This document shows positions 9,883-18,696 of a stretch of DNA of 64,000 bases, piece after piece. The DNA comes from Phycisphaerales bacterium (GTDB lineage Bacteria > Planctomycetota > Phycisphaerae > Phycisphaerales > UBA1924), in NCBI GenBank assembly GCA_965227775.1, contig OZ245777.1, forward strand, positions 2,208,001-2,272,000, read 5' to 3'. Position numbers and translations under genes: made by a program. Below the pieces are notes generated by a model that saw only the letters and a program-made list of their open reading frames with translations, was not told the DNA's origin and made no database searches. Position 1 is the stretch's first letter, and each line of letters starts with the position of its first letter.

Positions 9883-9945
9883 GGGCGGGCGCAAGCTATG
9901 GGAATCGGCCCTCACAGGCTCACAAGGCCGCTCGCTCGCCGAAAG

Positions 9946-10032
9946 CGGAGAGGGGGGGATTCGAACCCCCGATGACCCGAAGGCCATACCGGATTTCGAA
10001 TCCGGCGCGTTCAACCGCTCCGCCACCTCTCC
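9946..10032 (-). tRNA. tRNA-Ser(CGA)
   Basis: GGAGAGG acceptor stem, anticodon arm CCGGA-TTCGAAA-TCCGG, long variable arm, GGTTCGAATCC T-loop; CCA not encoded. Confidence 0.95.
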
Positions 10033-10105
10033 GGGATGGGGAGGCAATCTGTAGGCCGCCGGGTCGACGTTGGCGAGCCGGACGCGTGCCAACAATCCGC
10101 TTCTA

Positions 10106-10696
10106 ATGACCAAAGCCGCAGACGTCAGCAAGGCTCACGATCGCACGCTCTCGCGGGCTCAGCTCTGGGGGCTGGGCGTCCCAGGCTTTGCGCTTCTGAC
10201 GGCTGGCGGTGCGTATGTGAGCGTGCCGCTGCCGCCCGATGGCGTGCCGATGACGCTGCAGACGCTATTTGTCGTGTTGGCGGCGCTGTGCCTCGGCCCG
10301 AGGGCTGGGGCGATGAGCATGCTGCTGTATATCGCGGCGGGCGTTGTGGGTGTGCCGTTGTTTGCCGAGGAATCGGTGGGGTTGGCCGTCATCCTGGGAC
10401 AGACCGGTGGGTACATCGTGGGCTTCGTGGCCTGCCAGCCCATCGTGGGCATGATCGTGCGTCGGCCCGATGGATTGCCGAGGGGCTGGCTGGCCATCAT
10501 CACAGCGGTGCTGGCAGCCCACGCCGTCATCTTCGCCATCGGCGTGCCGTGGCTGGCCATCGTTCGAGGCTTCACGCTCGAGCGGGCCATCGAGGGGGGC
10601 ATGTTGCCCTTCCTGCCCGGGATGGTTGTCAAGAGCGTGATCGCCGTGCTGATCGGGCTCGCAGCCGCGCCATGGTGCGTGCGAAGAGTGTGGTAG
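10106..10696 (+). CDS. bioY: Biotin transporter BioY
   Basis: VPMTLQTL, LGPRAG, GVPLFA, GQTGGYIVGF, PFLPG motifs. Confidence 0.92.
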   Translation: MTKAADVSKAHDRTLSRAQLWGLGVPGFALLTAGGAYVSVPLPPDGVPMTLQTLFVVLAALCLGPRAGAMSMLLYIAAGVVGVPLFAEESVGLAVILGQTGGYIVGFVACQPIVGMIVRRPDGLPRGWLAIITAVLAAHAVIFAIGVPWLAIVRGFTLERAIEGGMLPFLPGMVVKSVIAVLIGLAAAPWCVRRVW

Positions 10697-10713
10697 ATTT
10701 TCTTTGACTTGGT

Positions 10714-10740
10714 TGTCGATTTCGGCCGTGCCTGTTCGTC
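10714..10740 (+). promoter_or_regulatory. ECF42-type promoter
   Basis: -35 TGTCGA (10714) and -10 CGTC (10737) with a 17-nt spacer, upstream of the YciI/ECF42 pair; matches the known ECF42 consensus. Confidence 0.8.
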
Positions 10741-10801
10741 TACCTGATGAACCCAGCGGCCGCACCTCCCCAGCGGCCGCGCTACCCGCAAGGAGATCGT
10801 C

Positions 10802-11152
10802 ATGCCGAAGTTTTTGCTCATGCTGTTCGATAACCCCGCCGACTACGCCGACGTGTCGCCCGAGCAGATGCAACAGGTCGTACAGGAGTACGGTGCCTGG
10901 GCACAGCAACTAGGCCAGGCTGGCAAGCTTGCCGGCGGTGAGAAGCTGGCTGATGAGGGCGGCAAGGTCCTCACCCGCAACGACACGGGCGTCACCGTGA
11001 CCGATGGCCCCTTTGCCGAGAGCAAGGAGGTGCTGGGCGGGTTCTTCATCGTCAATGCCGAGTCGTACGACGAGGCTGTCGAGATCGCTCGCAGCAGCCC
11101 GCACGCCAAGTACGGCTGCGCTACGCATGTCCGCCAGATCGATGCCGTCTGA
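10802..11152 (+). CDS. YciI family (DGPF) protein
   Basis: VTDGPFAESKEVLGGFFIV motif; AAGGAG RBS. Confidence 0.92.
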   Translation: MPKFLLMLFDNPADYADVSPEQMQQVVQEYGAWAQQLGQAGKLAGGEKLADEGGKVLTRNDTGVTVTDGPFAESKEVLGGFFIVNAESYDEAVEIARSSPHAKYGCATHVRQIDAV

Positions 11153-12386
11153 ACGGGGCGCCGTCTTTGAACTCGTCGACCACCTGTTCCGGCACGAGTC
11201 GGGCAGGTTGTCGGCGTCGCTCGTGGCGATCTTCGGGCCGGGTAAGCTCGATCTGATCGAAGATGTCGTCCAAGAAGCGTTGCTGGAGGCATTGCGCCGC
11301 TGGCGCTTCAAGGGCGTGCCCGACAACCCGACGGCATGGCTCACGCAGGTTGCACGACGCCGCGCGCTCGATGCCCTGCGACGAGATGCCACGCTGCGTC
11401 GACACGAGCCAGAGTTGCGTGCGTGGATCGAGCGAAACGCGTACGCCAGGGCATACGGCGAGTTGGACGAACAGGTCCGGCTCATGCTCATGTGCTGCCA
11501 CCCTGCTTTGCCGGCCGAGCAGCGCGTGGCGCTCACTCTCAAGCTGGTTGCCGGTATGGGTACGGGAGAGATCGCCCGGGCGTTCCTCATAACCGAGTCT
11601 GCGGCGGCCCAGCGGCTCGTGCGCGCCAAGAGGGCGATCCGCGACAGTGGGGCTTCGATGGACATGCCCGAAGCCGACGAGCTCGGACCTCGAATGCACA
11701 GCATGCTGGAGACGGTGTACCTGCTCTTCAACGAGGGCTACTCGGCGGGGGAGGGCGATCACGTCATCCAGCGTGACCGGTTTGAGGAAGCCTGCCGTCT
11801 AGGTGCGATGCTCGTTCGCGACGAGCGTACGGCCAGCCCAGCAGCGCACGCGCTGCTCGCGCTCATGCTCTTTCATGCGTCGCGCTTGGAGACGAGGAGC
11901 GACGCGGACGGCGCCTTGCTGCTGCTGGAGGACCAGGACCGATCAGTGTGGGATCGTGACCTGATCGTCCGCGGCTTCCACCACCTGCAACGGGCGGCCA
12001 GTGGCGACGAATTGACGGCGTACCACCTCGAGGCCGGCATCGCCGCCGTGCATGCGCGATCGGCGAGCTTTGAGGAGACGAACTGGCGTGAGATCGTCTC
12101 ACTCTACGACCTGCTGCGCGAGATCAAGCCCGGGCCAGTGGTGGGGCTGAATCGCGCTGTTGCGATTGCGATGGATCGTGGGATGGATGCAGGTCTAGCA
12201 GAGCTCGACGCGATCGGCCCGCTCGATCGTTACGCCCATTCGGGCATAGTGCGCGGCGAACTCCTCAGGCGTGCGGGACGCCCGGGTGAGGCACGCGCGT
12301 GCTTCGAGCGGGCACTCACGCTGCCGTGCTCGAAGCCGCAGCAGGTGTTCGTGCGGTCGCGGCTATCGATCCTGCCGGCGACCTAG
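11142..12386 (+). CDS. ECF42-group sigma-70 factor with C-terminal TPR extension
   Basis: EDVVQEA, PDNPTAWL, LMLMCCHPAL, AQRLVRAK, YLLFNEGY, LLEDQDRSVWD, YHLEAGIAAVH, LNRAVA. Confidence 0.92.
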   Translation: MPSERGAVFELVDHLFRHESGRLSASLVAIFGPGKLDLIEDVVQEALLEALRRWRFKGVPDNPTAWLTQVARRRALDALRRDATLRRHEPELRAWIERNAYARAYGELDEQVRLMLMCCHPALPAEQRVALTLKLVAGMGTGEIARAFLITESAAAQRLVRAKRAIRDSGASMDMPEADELGPRMHSMLETVYLLFNEGYSAGEGDHVIQRDRFEEACRLGAMLVRDERTASPAAHALLALMLFHASRLETRSDADGALLLLEDQDRSVWDRDLIVRGFHHLQRAASGDELTAYHLEAGIAAVHARSASFEETNWREIVSLYDLLREIKPGPVVGLNRAVAIAMDRGMDAGLAELDAIGPLDRYAHSGIVRGELLRRAGRPGEARACFERALTLPCSKPQQVFVRSRLSILPAT

Positions 12387-13546
12387 CGGCGGTACGCGGT
12401 GGCCACCTTCGCTACGGCCTCGCCGATGCGATCGATCGTGGCACCGTCAAGCTCGTGGTGCATGGGCAGGCAAAAGACCTTGCTCGCCAATGCCTCGGCC
12501 ACGGGGGGGTGATCGCTCACGTAGTCCTTGAACGCGGGCTGGTGCGTCAGCGACCGCGGGTAGTGCACGGCCGTCGGCACGCCCTCGGCGCCGAGCGCCT
12601 TAGTGAACGTGTCGCGGTCGCAGGTGAACTGATCGAGGTCGAGCTTGGCGGTATACAGGTGCCAGGCCGAGTCGGCGCCCTTGGTGCGGCCGGGCGGCAG
12701 GATGCCGTCAATGCCGCCCAGCACCTTGTCGTAGTGGTCGGCGGCGCTGCGGCGAGCGTTGGTCTCGTCAAGCAAACGGTTGAGGCGCGAGCAGCCGATG
12801 GCGCCGGTGATGTCGTTCATGCGATAGTTGAAGCCGATGCGCTCGTGCAGGTACTTGTCGGTCTCGCCGTGGCTGCGAAGGAGCGCGACGTCATGGCCGA
12901 GCGTGTCGTCGTTGACGGTGATCATGCCGCCCTCGCCCGTGCCCAGGTTCTTGGTGGCGTAGAACGAGTAGGTGCAGGCGTCTCCGAACGTCCCGATGCC
13001 TTCGCCATCGACGGTCGACAAGTGCGCCTGCGCACAGTCGTAGACGACCTTGAGGTTGTTGGCCTTGGCGAGCTCGGCGATCGCGTGCACGTCGACGGGC
13101 ATGCCGTAGAGGTGCGTCGCGGCGATGCCCTTGGTCTGGCTGGTGACCTTCTTCGCCGCGTCGGCCACGTCGATCTGCATCGTGTCCTCGAGGCTGTCGA
13201 CCCAGACGGGCGTCATCCCCTCGGCCACCAGCATGCTCGCGGTGGCGATATACGTCCACGCGGGCACGAGCACCTCGTCGCCACGCTGGAACAGGCTGCG
13301 GTAGGCCAGCTGTAGCGCGCACGTGCCGTTGGCGCAGGTCAGGGCGTGCTTGGCGTGGCTGGCTTCGGCGAAGCGGGTCTCGAGCTCGCCGCACTTGCCC
13401 GCCGCACGCAGCATGCCGCTCTTCAAGACCTCGTGGGCTGCCTCGACGTCCTGAGGCTGGAGCTGGGGACGCATGAAGGCGACCGGGGAATCGAAGGTGG
13501 CGGCGCCGCCTTCGAGTGCGAGCTTTGAGGCCGTGGCCTGGGTCAT
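12383..13546 (-). CDS. DegT/DnrJ/EryC1/StrS PLP aminotransferase
   Basis: ANGTCAL, HLYG, DCAQAH, SFYATKNLGTGEGG, GFNYRM. Confidence 0.92.
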   Translation of the reverse strand: MTQATASKLALEGGAATFDSPVAFMRPQLQPQDVEAAHEVLKSGMLRAAGKCGELETRFAEASHAKHALTCANGTCALQLAYRSLFQRGDEVLVPAWTYIATASMLVAEGMTPVWVDSLEDTMQIDVADAAKKVTSQTKGIAATHLYGMPVDVHAIAELAKANNLKVVYDCAQAHLSTVDGEGIGTFGDACTYSFYATKNLGTGEGGMITVNDDTLGHDVALLRSHGETDKYLHERIGFNYRMNDITGAIGCSRLNRLLDETNARRSAADHYDKVLGGIDGILPPGRTKGADSAWHLYTAKLDLDQFTCDRDTFTKALGAEGVPTAVHYPRSLTHQPAFKDYVSDHPPVAEALASKVFCLPMHHELDGATIDRIGEAVAKVATAYRR

Positions 13547-13684
13547 CAGTCTCTCCATCGACCCCTCCAGCCCGGCGAACGCGGGTGTGCGGGCTCGTGC
13601 TTTAGGCGAATGGAAATGATAGGAACGCGGCCCCTTCCGGCCCAACGTCGTCTCTGCGTGTCCGGTTTCCCTACACTGGCCGCC

Positions 13685-14269
13685 ATGCCCCCCCACGACA
13701 CCCCCGACGAAGCCCACGCCGACTCCCACCCGGACTTCCAGGGCGACATCGAGCGCATCCTGATCGACCGCACGCGGATCGCCACGCGCGTCGCCGAGAT
13801 GGGCACCCAGATCGCCAGCGACCTGGAACTGACGACCGGGGCCGACCGCCTCGTCGTCGTGCCCGTGCTGACCGGGGCCCTGGTCTTCACCGCCGACCTC
13901 GTCCGCACCATGCCCATGCGCCTGCGGCTCGAGCTGATCGAGGCCTCCAGCTACCCCGGCAGGGCAACGACGAGCCAGGGCGTGACGCTCGGCTCGGGCC
14001 CGACCGATTCGTTGTCGGGCGCCCACGTGCTTATCGTCGACGACATCTTCGACAGCGGCCGCACCCTCGCCGCCGTTCGCGACCTCGTCGCGGCGACCAA
14101 TCCGGCGAGCGTCCGCACGGCCGTGCTGCTGCGGAAGGAAGTCGAGCGCGCCGTCGACATGACGCCCGACTACGTGGGCTTCGACGTGCCCGATGCGTTT
14201 GTTGTTGGGTACGGGCTCGATTACGACGGGTGGTATCGGAACCTGCCGAACATCGCGGTGCTGAGGTAG
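13685..14269 (+). CDS. hpt: Hypoxanthine phosphoribosyltransferase
   Basis: VLTGALVFTADL, SSY, VLIVDDIFDSGRTL, FVVGYGLDY, YRNLP. Confidence 0.93.
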   Translation: MPPHDTPDEAHADSHPDFQGDIERILIDRTRIATRVAEMGTQIASDLELTTGADRLVVVPVLTGALVFTADLVRTMPMRLRLELIEASSYPGRATTSQGVTLGSGPTDSLSGAHVLIVDDIFDSGRTLAAVRDLVAATNPASVRTAVLLRKEVERAVDMTPDYVGFDVPDAFVVGYGLDYDGWYRNLPNIAVLR

Positions 14270-14362
14270 GCGTAGTTCCGCTCCGCAGGCCGACCGTGAC
14301 GCGGGGATTCACCCTTGCAACGCCGGCGATCTCTTGATAGTCTGAGCGCAGGAGGTCGCGCC

Positions 14363-15730
14363 ATGAGATCCGGATCCCTTATCGCGGCCGTGCTGGCGGC
14401 GCTCGCGTGCCAGGCGCTTGCGCAGACTCAACGACCCGTGTGCGAGCCCGGGCCAACCAGCGGCCCGAGCTGCACCGGCGTGCAGACCGTCAGCTTCGTG
14501 CCCGGCGACGCGACGGCCGCGATCCAGGCCGCCCTTGACGGCGACGCGTGCACGGTCGTCATCCCCAACGTCGGCCAGCCGTGGCTGACCGGGCCGCTGT
14601 TCATCAACCGCGACGACGTGACGCTGGTCTTCGAGCCGGGCGTCGAGCTCGTCGCCAGGGTCGGCGCTTTCTCGCGGCGCGGCGACGACCTCATCCGCGT
14701 GATCCAGGCCCGCGGCGTGACGATCTGCGGATACGGGGCCACCATCCGCATGCAGAACGGCGTCGATGCCGCCTACCTCGACGGCGAATGGCGGCACGCG
14801 ATCGACCTCGTCGCCGCCCAGGACATCACCATCCAGGGCCTGACCATCACGCTCGCCGGGGGCGACGGGATCTACGTCGCCGGCAACTGGCTGCGCGCCC
14901 CCGACCACGTGCCCAGCCGCAACGTGTCCATCCGCGACTGCACGTTCGTTGACAACCGCCGCCAAGGCATCAGCGTGATCTCCGTGGATGGTCTCCTCGT
15001 CGAGAATTGCCACTTCGAGGACATCGGCGCGACCTGGGGCACCGACCCGATGTCGGGCATCGACTTCGAGCCCGACCAGGCCGACGAGTGGATCGTCGGC
15101 TGCGTGGCGCGGGACTGCACGTTCGTCAACAACCGCGGCCAGCAGTACTCGTCGGGCGTCCACATGTACCTGCGGAACCTTGGGCCCGACGCGCCCCCGG
15201 TCGATGTGCTGCTCGACCGCGTGCGCATCACCAACACCGCGACCGGCGGCACCGGCGTCGCGCTCTCGGGCTTCGGCGATGTCGGCCCGAAGACGACCAT
15301 CGAGATCCGAGACTCGGTCATCGAGCAGGTCCGCGGCATCGGCGTGTACATCTTCAGCGCCCCGTCGACGACCTCTGTCAAGCTGACGCGCACCGTGCTG
15401 CGCGACACGCACACCGACGACGCGCCCTGGGGCGGCGCGCCCATCTACATCGAGGGCCAGTCGCCGGCGTTCAGCGAGTACGGCGGCATCACCTTCGAGG
15501 ACGTCGTCATCGTCGACAACAAGCCCCGTCCGTTTATCAGGGTCTACGAGGACCGCGACCACATCCCCCTGCCGCCCACGCGGTGTAATGGGCTGGCCGG
15601 CACCATCACGATCGTCAACCCCCACCCCGAGGGTCACGCCTTCGATCTTGGTTTTGCCAACGACGTGAACGTTGACCTGGAGGTTGCCAGCTACTTCCCC
15701 GGCGACGCGTGGTTCCAGCGGGCTCGGTAG
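14363..15730 (+). CDS. Secreted right-handed parallel beta-helix (pectin lyase-like) protein
   Basis: GGAGG RBS, signal peptide, DATAAIQAALD, GGDGIYV, NRRQGISVIS, GIDFEP. Confidence 0.85.
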   Translation: MRSGSLIAAVLAALACQALAQTQRPVCEPGPTSGPSCTGVQTVSFVPGDATAAIQAALDGDACTVVIPNVGQPWLTGPLFINRDDVTLVFEPGVELVARVGAFSRRGDDLIRVIQARGVTICGYGATIRMQNGVDAAYLDGEWRHAIDLVAAQDITIQGLTITLAGGDGIYVAGNWLRAPDHVPSRNVSIRDCTFVDNRRQGISVISVDGLLVENCHFEDIGATWGTDPMSGIDFEPDQADEWIVGCVARDCTFVNNRGQQYSSGVHMYLRNLGPDAPPVDVLLDRVRITNTATGGTGVALSGFGDVGPKTTIEIRDSVIEQVRGIGVYIFSAPSTTSVKLTRTVLRDTHTDDAPWGGAPIYIEGQSPAFSEYGGITFEDVVIVDNKPRPFIRVYEDRDHIPLPPTRCNGLAGTITIVNPHPEGHAFDLGFANDVNVDLEVASYFPGDAWFQRAR

Positions 15731-15963
15731 CGCCGCCGACGCCCGGAACCACGGCACGCGCGGACCCGGAACCAGCCTCGCGCCGCAGCATCCGCCGAGC
15801 GAGTCTTCGAGCGACAGCGCATGCGTAGGCGAGGCGGCCCCCGGCCGCCCGGGCGCAGCCCGCAAGCGAGTCCGCGAGCGCCTCAAGAACAGTCCAAATG
15901 AGCGAGCCCCGGCGCAGCCGTCTTCGGCTCCGCCGGGGCGGGAGAAGTACGAGAGACCTCGGC

Positions 15964-16620
15964 CTACGCGGCTTCGGCCGTTGCCTGCCCGTTGCCGCCC
16001 ACGCCGAAGCGCACGGCGAAGAGCGCCGGGCCGCCGGCCTGGGTCGAGCGGCGGGCCTGCACGCGGTACGTCGCCACCGCCGTGCCCGCGGGCACGGTGT
16101 CGTCGGTGAAGCGGCGCTCGCCGGCCGTCAGCAGGTAGTTGAAGTTGCCCTGCGCCTCGTCCTGGCGCCACACGTCGTAGGTCACGCCGGCGACGTTGCC
16201 AGGGTTATCGCAGCGGAAGGCCAGCTCGACCGAGCCGTCCTGCAGCAGCGTGATGTCGAAGTCGTAGGGCGTGCCCGGGGCCGGGGTGGGCTCGGGCGTC
16301 GCCGGGTCGGGCAGCAGGGCGGTGGCGTAGACCGACTCGTCGCCGGTCGCCTTGGCGTAGCCGCGGATCTTCTGCACGAGCCCGACGCCGATCTCGCGCA
16401 TGGCGTCGGTCTGGTTGCGGAAACTCTGCGAGGCCGCGAGCTTGGCGTCGTTGGCCTGCTCTGCGGTGGTCCGCGCCGAGGAAGCCGCCGCCGTTGCGGA
16501 AGCCAGCTCGTTGACGAGCTCGACCGTGAGGCCGATGGCCGCAGGGTCGGCCTGCCACGCGGCCAGGCGGTTGGTGAACCAGTCGATGGCCTCGGAACGT
16601 CCGTTGGGAATGACACTCAT
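15964..16620 (-). CDS. Hypothetical protein: N-terminal helical region, Pro-rich linker, FN3-like C-terminal beta domain
   Basis: Ala-rich amphipathic helices, PDPATPEPTPAPGTP linker, VELAF...YDVWR...FTD...YRVQARR; strong GC3 codon bias; GGAAGGGG RBS. Confidence 0.8.
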   Translation of the reverse strand: MSVIPNGRSEAIDWFTNRLAAWQADPAAIGLTVELVNELASATAAASSARTTAEQANDAKLAASQSFRNQTDAMREIGVGLVQKIRGYAKATGDESVYATALLPDPATPEPTPAPGTPYDFDITLLQDGSVELAFRCDNPGNVAGVTYDVWRQDEAQGNFNYLLTAGERRFTDDTVPAGTAVATYRVQARRSTQAGGPALFAVRFGVGGNGQATAEAA

Positions 16621-16907
16621 GACGCGCCCCCTTCCGCGATGCGCGCGGCCACCTTCATGGCCCCACTGGGTGCGATCGGCGAAGAAGCAAGATCGAGTCG
16701 TGCGTTCATCGTGAACCTCGGAATTCAGGATCCGTCCGTGCACGCGCCCGACAATCGGCCGCGTCCACGCGTTGCATCGCCGCATTCGCCGCCCGGCTTG
16801 ATCGCTTCGTCTTGGCGATCCAAGAACCACGGCGAAAACCACCGGAATCGGGGGGCACGCACTGTTCGCATCACCCCCGAAACCGGGGGGGCGGCCACCG
16901 TAGCCGA

Positions 16908-17117
16908 GCCATCGGTCACCAAAACCTCGCCATCGGTCACGAAATCCGCGCCAACGCTCGTCGAACGCCCATCATCGGTCGTTCAAGGCCGGCCATCGGA
17001 CGCAAACGGGTGATCGTTCATCACCGATGGCCGGCTCGTTGTCACCTCTGGCCGGCCTCCGGTCGTGTTTGGCCGGGCCTCGGTCGTGATCGAGCGGCCC
17101 GATGCGAGGTCTGGCCG
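16908..17117. repeat. Degenerate tandem array of ten 21-bp units with central dyad symmetry
   Basis: Units start at 16908, 16929, 16950 ... 17097; consensus about gccatcggtcrynnnnggccg; perfect 12-bp inverted repeat at 16988-16999 / 17024-17035. Confidence 0.75.
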
Positions 17118-17217
17118 CTCCTCTCTTACGTTCGATCACCCCGGCAGGCCCGTTGATGCACCAGAGGCTTGCATCGATGGGCGACTTTCGGTATCCTGCC
17201 CTTGAAAGGAGAACGAG

Positions 17218-18528
17218 ATGCCCCGGATCCGCGCCGCCGTGACCGTGTTGTCCGCTTCCATCCTGCTGCCCGCACCGGTACCGGCCCAGACCTGCGACCC
17301 CACCGAACTCTTCGCGCCCGAGGCGCGCGTAACTGCGGGTGACGGTCCTTTTTCGGTGGCGGTCGGCGATCTCGATGGCGACGGTGACGCAGACCTCGTC
17401 ACAGCCAATCGCAACGATGGCAATGTCAGTGTGTTGCTCAACACGGGAGATGGCACGTTCGCGCCCCAGGTAAACTACGGGGCAGGCAGCAACTCTATCT
17501 CAGTTGCCATCGCCGATCTCGACAACGACGGAGATACCGACCTCGCCGTTGCGAATCGCAACGACAATGACGTCAGCGTGCTGCTGAACAACGGCGACGG
17601 GACGTTCGTGCCAGCGGTCAACTATGATACTGGCTTGCAGCCCGACTCCGTCGCGATTGGTGATCTCGATGGTGACGGCTATGGCGATCTTGCGGTGGCA
17701 AACTTCGGCAGCGATAATGTCAGCGTGCTGTTCAACAACGGCGACGGCACGTATGCGCTTGACGTACTCTACGGTGCGGGAAACGGCCCCCGATCGGTCG
17801 CCATCGGCGATGTTGATGGTGACGGCGACTCCGATCTCGCGGTCGCCGAGGATCTGGATAACACCATCAGCGTCCTACGGAACAGTGGAGACGGGACGTT
17901 CCCATCGCGTGAGACCTACGACGTAGGCGTTAATCCGCGGTACGTGGCGATTGGCGACCTCGATAACGACGGCGATGTCGATGTGGCCGTAGCAAATGAC
18001 GCTGATGCCGACATCAGCGTCATCCTCAACAACGGGGACGGTACTTTCGCGCCCGAAGCTCGCTACACCGTGGGCGAAACACCTCTATCCGTCGCCATCG
18101 GTGACCTCGACGGCGACGGCAATGCCGATCTCGCCGTGGCGAATGCCGACAGCAGTAGTGTCAGCGTGCTGCTCAACAATGGCGATGGAGAGTTTGCCCT
18201 GGAAGAGCGCTTTAGCGCTGGCGACCCGGGCGACCCGGGCGACCAGCCGGTCTCCGTGGCCACCGGCGACCTCGACGGCGATGGTGACGCTGATTTGGCC
18301 ACAGCGAATGACATGGGTGACCAAGTCAGCGTGCTGCTGAACCAGTGCGGCCCCTTCGGCTGCCCGGCAGACCTCGACGGCGACGGCACGCTCACCATCT
18401 TCGACTTCCTCGAGTTCCAGAACCTCTTCAGCCTCATGGACCCCGCCGCCGACTTCGACGGCGACGGCGATTTCACCATCTTCGACTTCCTCGCCTTCCA
18501 GAACGCCTTCGACGCCGGCTGCCCTTGA
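17218..18528 (+). CDS. Secreted FG-GAP/VCBS repeat protein with GC-type dockerin-like domain
   Basis: Seven SVAIGDLDGDGDxDLAVAN...VSVLLN repeats; C-term CPADLDGDG...DAGCP; AAGGAG RBS. Confidence 0.92.
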   Translation: MPRIRAAVTVLSASILLPAPVPAQTCDPTELFAPEARVTAGDGPFSVAVGDLDGDGDADLVTANRNDGNVSVLLNTGDGTFAPQVNYGAGSNSISVAIADLDNDGDTDLAVANRNDNDVSVLLNNGDGTFVPAVNYDTGLQPDSVAIGDLDGDGYGDLAVANFGSDNVSVLFNNGDGTYALDVLYGAGNGPRSVAIGDVDGDGDSDLAVAEDLDNTISVLRNSGDGTFPSRETYDVGVNPRYVAIGDLDNDGDVDVAVANDADADISVILNNGDGTFAPEARYTVGETPLSVAIGDLDGDGNADLAVANADSSSVSVLLNNGDGEFALEERFSAGDPGDPGDQPVSVATGDLDGDGDADLATANDMGDQVSVLLNQCGPFGCPADLDGDGTLTIFDFLEFQNLFSLMDPAADFDGDGDFTIFDFLAFQNAFDAGCP

Positions 18529-18549
18529 CATTCGCGGGTGCGGCCATAC

Positions 18550-18566
18550 CCGGCACGCGCCTTGCA
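18550..18566 (+). promoter_or_regulatory. Sigma54 (-24/-12) promoter candidate
   Basis: CCGGCACGCGCCTTGCA gives GG-N10-GC, close to consensus TGGCACG-N4-TTGCW, about 130 bp upstream of the 18697 gene. Confidence 0.65.
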
Positions 18567-18696
18567 TAACACCTCCCTCGACGCGTCGCCGTGGGCCGCA
18601 CACGCTCGTAGGCGCGGGAGGCCCTTGAGGAGGGGCCACCGGTGGCCAGGCGGTTGGCCACAGACAGCCACATCGATCGAACTCGAGGGAGAAACC

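Larger units (their letters stand above)
1..9945. mobile_element. Putative integrative element / genomic island at tRNA-Ser 3' end (other end outside the window)
   Basis: Coupling protein, Xis-like remnant, arm-like repeats and accessory cargo directly downstream of the tRNA; no integrase visible. Confidence 0.5.

Noticed and set aside
14309..16171. 620-aa minus-strand ORF
   Set aside because: Antisense shadow of the beta-helix gene, typical of high-GC DNA, with no motifs
16908..17117. 21-bp array as a CRISPR array
   Set aside because: No invariant repeat with unique spacers, the period is too short, and no cas genes are present
18220..18244. 9-bp tandem repeat GGCGACCCG
   Set aside because: Short in-frame GDP duplication in a loop, with no sign of phase variation
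17320..18345. Periodic ~147-bp repeats as a non-coding array
   Set aside because: They are FG-GAP protein repeats within an intact ORF
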